From an uncultured archaeon (GTDB taxonomy: Archaea > Asgardarchaeota > Thorarchaeia > Thorarchaeales > Thorarchaeaceae), in assembly GCA_964458565.1 (NCBI GenBank), contig CAYWJO010000008.1, positions 1 through 64,000 of the forward strand: a stretch of 64,000 nucleotides of DNA, written 5' to 3'. This document shows positions 57,894 to 64,000 of the stretch, in pieces. How positions within the stretch are numbered: position 1 is the first letter of the stretch; every line of letters starts with the position of its first letter. The notes under the pieces are model-generated. The model did no database searches. It was not told where the DNA came from and was given only the letters and a program-made list of their open reading frames with translations. The position numbers and the translations under genes are program-made.

Positions 57894-59222
57894 TTATGTG
57901 AAGTCTTCTGTCATCTCTTTTGCACATGCAATACCGGATCTAGATGCAGCTTCCATTGAGGCATAATAGATTCCGCAATTTGCATGTGAACCGGCAACAT
58001 ATAGGCCTTCAACGCCAGTTCTGTTTGTTTTCAGCCGGTCTCCTAAAATACCTGGGGGTTGAGCTAATAGTGATCTCCATATCTTCCAACTCTTCTTCCA
58101 TGTGACCTTGTCCTGAACACCTGGTATCAGTTCCTTTAGTTCATCAAGGATTGCAGATGTTGCTTCTTCGTCGCTCATTTTGAGAAGCTCCTTGTCGATA
58201 CTAGTAACTGTCAAGAGTGACTCTCCGATAGGTGCTAAGACTCCTGAAACTCTTTTCGCCTCAGCAATGATATTAATTTTCTTTCCAGGAACAAATCCAC
58301 CTACGTTGAAGTCAAGGACACGAGATGAGAGTCCGAAATATGCGACAGTCGAAGGTACATATGAAAACTTCTTACATGCATTAGTAAAATCACTGGGTAA
58401 TTTGTTCATATTCACAAGGTTTGGAAGTAAATCAATTGGAGTTGTGATTACAGCAATGTCAGTTTCAACGGTATAATCAACACCGTCCTGTTCATATTCC
58501 ACTGCATGTACCTTATTATCTTCAATCACTACTTGCTTTACGGTACAATTGACTTTTGGTTCAACAGCAAAGTTACGTGCTTGTAGCATGAGTGTATAGG
58601 GAACACTACCAAGACCGCCTCTTTCTGGATACATTGCAACGAATCCATCTTCATACGCAAAACGCATTTTCTCTGATTGGAGGTATTGTCCTGCTGAAAC
58701 CTCCTGTGGTGTCATAAATGTGGTGGTACGAATTAGTGGGTCATAGAAATCATTGAGAATCTCTTCAGACATCTTATCCTCAGCATATTCAGCGAATGTC
58801 ACATTGTCAAGTTGTGCGAATTCCTCATCAGGTCTCCGAATGTTATCCTGAACAATAGTCCCTAGTTTAGCTCTATCGCCTCGATCCAAGAGACCAAACC
58901 TTGCTAAGTCTGTAACTGACTGACGCATGACATATCTCTCGCCACCTTTCAGCCAAACTGCTCCTTCACCAACTGTTGTCATTCGAATCCCGCTTCTTTC
59001 AAGAATCGGTATAAGGGACTTGAAGCCACCTACGAAGAAGTGAAGACCTTGATCAAAGACATAACCAGACTCAGTGTATGAACGAGCCCTTCCTCCAACA
59101 GTTTTTTCTTTTTCTAGAATTGTACATCGTGCTTTCAAACCTTTCAGTTCAAGGGCGCAACTGAATCCTGCGATTCCAGCTCCCACAATGATGACTTTCG
59201 TTCCTCTTTTCTTTTCACTCAT
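57894..59222 (-). CDS. FAD-dependent oxidoreductase of the amine oxidase / phytoene desaturase / protoporphyrinogen oxidase superfamily
   Basis: VGAGIAG, GGRARS..GYVFDQGLHFF, GLYVAGS..ASMEAASRSG. Confidence 0.82.
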   Translation of the reverse strand: MSEKKRGTKVIIVGAGIAGFSCALELKGLKARCTILEKEKTVGGRARSYTESGYVFDQGLHFFVGGFKSLIPILERSGIRMTTVGEGAVWLKGGERYVMRQSVTDLARFGLLDRGDRAKLGTIVQDNIRRPDEEFAQLDNVTFAEYAEDKMSEEILNDFYDPLIRTTTFMTPQEVSAGQYLQSEKMRFAYEDGFVAMYPERGGLGSVPYTLMLQARNFAVEPKVNCTVKQVVIEDNKVHAVEYEQDGVDYTVETDIAVITTPIDLLPNLVNMNKLPSDFTNACKKFSYVPSTVAYFGLSSRVLDFNVGGFVPGKKINIIAEAKRVSGVLAPIGESLLTVTSIDKELLKMSDEEATSAILDELKELIPGVQDKVTWKKSWKIWRSLLAQPPGILGDRLKTNRTGVEGLYVAGSHANCGIYYASMEAASRSGIACAKEMTEDFT

Positions 59223-59226
59223 TTTC

Positions 59227-60351
59227 TTATTCCTCCACTACAGATGACCTTGCTAGGTCTAGAATCAATTCATCCAACTGAATAACTTCAATATCGAAAT
59301 CTCGTGCGTTATAACTCAAATTCTTGAAACAAGATATACAGGTTGTAATGAGACCATCCGCACCAGTATCAACAGCTTCTTGGACACGCTTCTTACCAAC
59401 TGCCTCAGCGAGATCGGGATCTAGAACTGCGAGAAAACCTCCACAACAATTGGAATTCTCATGATTTCCAGCCATTTCTCTTAATTCAATACCTGGAATT
59501 CCACGAATAATCTCTCGGGGTGCTTCATAGATACCAAGAGCACGACCAAGATGACAACTATCATGAAATGTATACACTCCCTCCAAGCTCTTGAACGTTA
59601 GAACACCATTCCGAACCATATCTGCTATGTACTCAACGGTATGATGTACTTCAATATCGAACTCAGGGATAAGACGTTTGTAATGCTCTGCAAGTGTTCC
59701 GAAACATCCACCACAACCTGTGACAATGTGGTCCACTCCTGCTTTTTTGAAGGCATCATAATTCTTTTGGGCAATCTCCTTGAATCCTTTATCATCACCA
59801 GCCCAATAATTCATTAGCCCACAGCAGACTTCACTTGGTATATATCCTGCATTTATCTTCAATTTCTCCATCAGGTCTACAACCATCTCAGATTGATCTG
59901 GGAAATAATATGAACCCATACACCCACTGAAGATCGCAGTGTTGGATTCAGGTGGCAGTTCTAAGTCCTCGGCCCAGACATCTCGGTCTTCGCCCTCGAA
60001 TCCAATAAAAGGCGTTCCCTCTTGCTTTACCCAGGCCAATACTTGGATGAGCGAGTCTGACATCTTACCACCACTATTGAGTAGTGATGCTTTTGCGTCA
60101 TGCCAAATGTCAGTGACAGGCACATTTGCAGGACAGACTGCCTCACACATTCGACAATCTGCACAGTATAGTCGATTCAGTAGTTCTTGTGGTGGATTCC
60201 ACATCTTCTCTCGATAAGCTCTAAGAGCTCGTATTTTTCCTCCTGGACTGTCTAATTCCGAACCAAGTTGTTGATACATGGGACAGAAGTCTCGACAGTA
60301 ATTGCAAGAGCCACAATGTCGTAGTAGTTTATCATCTATGTCAATCTTCAC
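59227..60351 (-). CDS. GlcF/HdrD-like CCG Fe-S protein
   Basis: CGSCNYCRDFCP, CADCRMCEAVCP, VCCG, GCGGC, HDSC, NCCGG, TCISC. Confidence 0.9.
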   Translation of the reverse strand: MKIDIDDKLLRHCGSCNYCRDFCPMYQQLGSELDSPGGKIRALRAYREKMWNPPQELLNRLYCADCRMCEAVCPANVPVTDIWHDAKASLLNSGGKMSDSLIQVLAWVKQEGTPFIGFEGEDRDVWAEDLELPPESNTAIFSGCMGSYYFPDQSEMVVDLMEKLKINAGYIPSEVCCGLMNYWAGDDKGFKEIAQKNYDAFKKAGVDHIVTGCGGCFGTLAEHYKRLIPEFDIEVHHTVEYIADMVRNGVLTFKSLEGVYTFHDSCHLGRALGIYEAPREIIRGIPGIELREMAGNHENSNCCGGFLAVLDPDLAEAVGKKRVQEAVDTGADGLITTCISCFKNLSYNARDFDIEVIQLDELILDLARSSVVEE

Positions 60352-60358
60352 TTCTGAA

Positions 60359-61882
60359 TCACGCTCCTATGAACTTCGAGAGCCATCTAAACTTAGTGGC
60401 AAGTTGGAAAAGGATATCGATTCGACCATATGATGTCAAACATGATGTAATCCTATCAGGATTCATGATGTTAAGAGGATCCCATTCCTCTTTCGCCCTC
60501 TTGATTTCTTCGTATTTTATCGGATATGCTCTCTTCATATAGATGCTATTTTGTAAACCAATGGTATATGGTGCTCCACCATGACTAATGGACTTCTTCA
60601 CCATTTTGTGAAGAACTCCCTTACTGGCGATAAATTTCAGATAATGATCTGGATTTATCATAGCAAACAATTCAATACGCATGAACTCTTGCGTTCCCAA
60701 CATACCGTACCAGAGGGCAGGTACTTTGTGTGAAACTCTGTAGTCTTCGTATTTCTTTAATAAATCGTATACAGATTCTAGCGGAACCCAGAGTTCTTGA
60801 AACATGAGTGTTTCGCAGTGTTCCTTTGGATTAAATTCTGAATCATGTCTTAGTTCCCACTCTTTATCTGAAAACTCTTCACCTAAGAATTCTCCTCCAT
60901 GACCCGTAGTTGCTGCTTCAAGTTCAAATTTACTAGTGGGATCGAAATTTTGCAGTATAGCATCTGAAGAATAGGTTACAGTCAGGACAAAGTTTCCTTT
61001 CTCCAAAGGATTGCTATACTTCTGCAGTTCCTTGTCTGCAATCTTCAAGAAGATTGGTTTGTATGCCATTTTGGTAATTTCTCGCACAGCAAGGCAGAGA
61101 TGCTCTAATCTTTTGAATCCGTACGAGTAGGTTTCGTAATTCTCAGGTTGCTTGTGTACCTTAAGAGTGACCTCTGTAATAACACCAAGTATTCCATAAG
61201 ACCCGCAAATAATTCCAGCTTCTTCTCCTGTAAGTGTCATCATTTCACCATCAGGTTTGACAACTTTGAGTTCAAGAATGTGGTCCTCGAGTATGCCATA
61301 GAATGGAGTACCAATCCCCGCACGTCCACCACACCCAATCCAACCGCCAATGACTGCAGATTTAGCGCTGGTTGGATAGATGCCAAAGGTTAATCCCTTT
61401 TTTACAAGTTGTTTTTCAAGAGCATCGAAAGTGACGCCTGGTTCAACTGTTACATATTCTTGGTCTTCGTTTATTTCCAGAATATGATTCATGAGTTTTA
61501 TATCCAATGAGATACCACCTCGTGTTGGACTTGATGAGCCCAAACAACTCGAAGCGCCGCCTCTTGGAATCACTGGCACCTTAGATGCATTGGCAATCCT
61601 CAATACGCTCTGTACTTCTTCAACTGAAGTAACTCGAACAACATAATCCACAAGGCTTTTTCTCTTCCATCGATAATGGAACTGTGGTAGTGACGCCGGA
61701 TCACCACTATACACGATTCTCTCAAGTTCCATATCTGAAGCACGACTTTCCCCCACAACAGCTATAAGCTGATTTAGTATTGGGTCAACATCTTGTCCTT
61801 CTTCAGGAATAGGCTCCATCTTTTTTCCAGTTTCTTCATCAGCAGGAGATACCTCAGTTTCTACTTTGTCTTCGCTTCCCAT
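60359..61882 (-). CDS. FAD-linked oxidoreductase (GlcD-like); likely start ATG 61882 (track gives 61930)
   Basis: PRGGASSCLG, AVIGGW, GSYGILGVIT, DPLNIMNP. Confidence 0.88.
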   Translation of the reverse strand: MGSEDKVETEVSPADEETGKKMEPIPEEGQDVDPILNQLIAVVGESRASDMELERIVYSGDPASLPQFHYRWKRKSLVDYVVRVTSVEEVQSVLRIANASKVPVIPRGGASSCLGSSSPTRGGISLDIKLMNHILEINEDQEYVTVEPGVTFDALEKQLVKKGLTFGIYPTSAKSAVIGGWIGCGGRAGIGTPFYGILEDHILELKVVKPDGEMMTLTGEEAGIICGSYGILGVITEVTLKVHKQPENYETYSYGFKRLEHLCLAVREITKMAYKPIFLKIADKELQKYSNPLEKGNFVLTVTYSSDAILQNFDPTSKFELEAATTGHGGEFLGEEFSDKEWELRHDSEFNPKEHCETLMFQELWVPLESVYDLLKKYEDYRVSHKVPALWYGMLGTQEFMRIELFAMINPDHYLKFIASKGVLHKMVKKSISHGGAPYTIGLQNSIYMKRAYPIKYEEIKRAKEEWDPLNIMNPDRITSCLTSYGRIDILFQLATKFRWLSKFIGA

Positions 61883-61886
61883 ATCA

Positions 61887-63095
61887 TCACATCCTAAATA
61901 ACACACCGAGATAAACCCCAGTAAATCCAAGTAATGTCCAAAGAATAACAGCAGGAAGTCCTAGATTACATGTCTTCCATCCACCAAGATGTGTAAGGAA
62001 TGCAAGTGTGCCAAGAATCATGCTAGTAATTCCAATCCAAATATGCCAACAATGTATGAAAGTTAACATATTTGTAAGGTCGAATAGATACTGCGGGTTC
62101 ATATTGTTCCATGTTGATGGTCCTTCGAGTAAGAGAAATAGGACATTAATTGATGTGAGGATATATGCCAGACTGAGCATGATTCCATGTCCTCTAGTGA
62201 ATCGCTCCTCATCATAATATTCTAAGGCTGTACCAATGTATGCTAACACCAACGCAGGTAATCCCAAATACCATCCATAATGTAATTGTGGAATCTCAAT
62301 AGGTTCCACTGGGATGAATCCTGCAACATATGAGTTCACACCTGATTCAGTTTCTAGTCCATCAATATCAGACGCGATCACCTTGTAAAGTACTTCAGTA
62401 CCATAAACTTGAGCTGGAATATCGCCATCATAATAATATGAAGACACTTCAGTCATAGTGACGTTATTCCATGATGTCCCATTATTGATTGAGTATGAAA
62501 GAATGACTTCATCAATATCTGCGGTTGATTGCAAGGTGGCATTTATTGTAACATCTTCATTTGCTGGAGGATACTCAGAACTCTGACCAATACTTGTAAA
62601 GATAGGTCCTTCTCCAGAAGCAGCAACGGTGACAGTTACACTCACTTGATCATTATTTTGTGAACTACCAACTGCAAAAAGAGTTAGAGTATATTCTCCT
62701 GGAAACGCAGGAGCAGTTATGGTATATGAGATGGTCATTGCACCAGATGCTGGGTTATCATCACCCTCCCCATTATCGTAAACTCCACCCTGTGCATTCT
62801 CAGGGGATATATCGAAATTGGTATTATCGTCAACATCTCCTGGGAATTTAGCATAGAGATACGATAATGAACCTCCACCGGTTATATCTACATCCAACTG
62901 AAATTCTTGACCAGTTTCTGTTGATATAGATGATGGTGCACTTATCGAGATTGTTCCTGTATTATTGTGGCATGAAGCACAGTTAATATCATAGGTACTG
63001 TTTGCTCCAACAAATCCTATTGATACAACAATAACCGCGACTAAACACGATGCAATAAGGATGCCAATTTTTGTGTTCCTTTTCAACTGAGTCAC
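61887..63095 (-). CDS. Monoheme cytochrome c + Ig-like domains fused to a His-containing 4-TM (cytochrome b-like) domain
   Basis: Signal/TM, CASCH, beta-rich domains, then TM helices flanked by LHYG, GHGIM, IHCWHIW, THLG. Confidence 0.65.
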   Translation of the reverse strand: MTQLKRNTKIGILIASCLVAVIVVSIGFVGANSTYDINCASCHNNTGTISISAPSSISTETGQEFQLDVDITGGGSLSYLYAKFPGDVDDNTNFDISPENAQGGVYDNGEGDDNPASGAMTISYTITAPAFPGEYTLTLFAVGSSQNNDQVSVTVTVAASGEGPIFTSIGQSSEYPPANEDVTINATLQSTADIDEVILSYSINNGTSWNNVTMTEVSSYYYDGDIPAQVYGTEVLYKVIASDIDGLETESGVNSYVAGFIPVEPIEIPQLHYGWYLGLPALVLAYIGTALEYYDEERFTRGHGIMLSLAYILTSINVLFLLLEGPSTWNNMNPQYLFDLTNMLTFIHCWHIWIGITSMILGTLAFLTHLGGWKTCNLGLPAVILWTLLGFTGVYLGVLFRM

Positions 63096-63318
63096 CTTTT
63101 AGGGAGAAGTCCATCTGAATCTGGTTTCATGTCCGCTCTAATCGGGTCTTAAAGCTTTACGGTCATAACTGAATAATGAGAAAATCATCCAATATTAGGT
63201 TACAATACGTATTCAACTCTGAACCATGAATGACCAACTGTAATTCTATATGTATGACTTATCAGAATCGGCAATACTTATCTCTAGGAATGTTACACGC
63301 TGCAAGTGGCGAAAATAA

Positions 63319-63864
63319 ATGAAACTGCGAGAAGATACTGATCAGTACTGCCTGCTGTGGGTTGGAGTACTTATCCTTGCAACTTACTATTTCAATTTCC
63401 TGTTTCTTTTTAGTATAGGATCGGCGGACTTTACACCATTCGTCACATTATCATTACCTCTTCTCGGAATACCCCTCGTACTTATCTCGACATTCATGGG
63501 ATACTTACGTCCTGAGAGAGGGAAAGCAAAACCGAATGCATTAGCACTCTCTGTCGTTTTTTCGCTTTTCTACATGCTCTCCTGCATATTTGCATATGAT
63601 TTATTCAATGCTTGGAATTTCTCGAATTTCATAGAGAGTATGGGCTTTGCATCTTGGGGTATCGGTTCTGCAATCCTAACAGCTGGTGGCCTATCAATTA
63701 TGCAATCTTTTGAAGACAGCGTAGAGGGAGACATTCTTGATCTTAGTAAACTACACTATCCTCCTGGTGAGATTCCAGAACCAGAATCAGAGAATAGTGC
63801 TCAACCTGAAATAGCAGAACCTGATGTACCTGAAGCGAAAGAAGAGCCAATCCCTGAAGAATAG
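63319..63864 (+). CDS. Hypothetical 4-TM membrane protein with acidic Pro/Glu tail
   Basis: Four hydrophobic segments, EIPEPESE..EEPIPEE tail. Confidence 0.6.
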   Translation: MKLREDTDQYCLLWVGVLILATYYFNFLFLFSIGSADFTPFVTLSLPLLGIPLVLISTFMGYLRPERGKAKPNALALSVVFSLFYMLSCIFAYDLFNAWNFSNFIESMGFASWGIGSAILTAGGLSIMQSFEDSVEGDILDLSKLHYPPGEIPEPESENSAQPEIAEPDVPEAKEEPIPEE

Positions 63865-63892
63865 AATTAGTCCTTCAGGGTTGATTGCTCTT

Positions 63893-64000
63893 TTATTCAA
63901 CCATCCATGCTAGTACAGAAAATGCTAGAAGCAACCCAAATGCTATCCATGCAAAAAGGATTATACCCGCACCTGGAGTGAAGAATATGATATCCATATA
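63893..64000 (-). CDS. 3' end of a membrane protein entering from beyond the window
   Basis: Open minus frame YMDIIFFTPGAGIILFAWIAFGLLLAFSVLAWMVE-stop. Confidence 0.35.
   Translation of the reverse strand, partial: YMDIIFFTPGAGIILFAWIAFGLLLAFSVLAWMVE

Noticed and set aside
37319-61930. Naming the pairs glcDF/dld or the CCG proteins hdrD
   Set aside because: FAD subunits lack the characteristic His motifs, and CCG proteins cannot be separated between GlcF and HdrD without phylogeny
584-62851. Short 60-210 aa ORFs antisense to or overlapping the called genes (e.g. 19926-20552, 10786-11241, 52885-53322)
   Set aside because: Shadow frames of well-supported genes with no motifs of their own
1-64000. 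Genome-wide reassignment of TAG
   Set aside because: Many conserved genes (fwdA, fwdD, ftr, fwdC, mtd, cdhE, ccmC) end at TAG at their expected C-termini, and only one otherwise intact gene has an internal TAG
1-64000. CRISPR arrays, tRNA/rRNA genes, IS elements, prophage
   Set aside because: No spaced repeat array, structured RNA signature, transposase or integrase seen by eye; intergenic gaps are short. A covariance-model scan was not run

Overview
Gene-dense, roughly 40% GC archaeal DNA. The gene content and the many signal-peptide proteins with a Ser/Thr linker and C-terminal TM anchor suggest an Asgard archaeon such as Thorarchaeia (inference, not tested). Left half (0.4-25 kb): a compact H4MPT-type Wood-Ljungdahl cluster (fwdABD, ftr, fwdC, mch, mtd, cdhABCDE, two cooC) with a CoA-transferase-GNAT fusion, a second FwdB-like gene lacking the Mo/W-ligating Cys (with fwdG and a second fwdD), and hdrA-mvhD plus fwdF. 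No mer, mtr, mcr, hdrBC or mvhAG is present in the window. Middle (25-33 kb): beta-helix surface-protein genes showing a local duplication and an in-frame amber codon, plus a few enzymes. Right half (34-63 kb): a candidate electron-transfer island. It holds a MenA-type prenyltransferase, a long-chain prenyl synthase and a geranylgeranyl reductase; four FAD-dehydrogenase (GlcD-like) / CCG Fe-S (GlcF/HdrD-like) pairs, one with an in-frame NuoB domain; a membrane-anchored multiheme cytochrome c with non-canonical motifs; two monoheme cytochromes c each linked to a His-bearing membrane domain; and ccmABCDE plus a CcmF-TPR fusion. The best candidate for an undescribed system is this repeated module (cytochrome c + His-bearing membrane domain + CCG Fe-S protein + FAD dehydrogenase) together with the GlcD-NuoB fusion. 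All calls come from reading motifs by eye; no searches were run.
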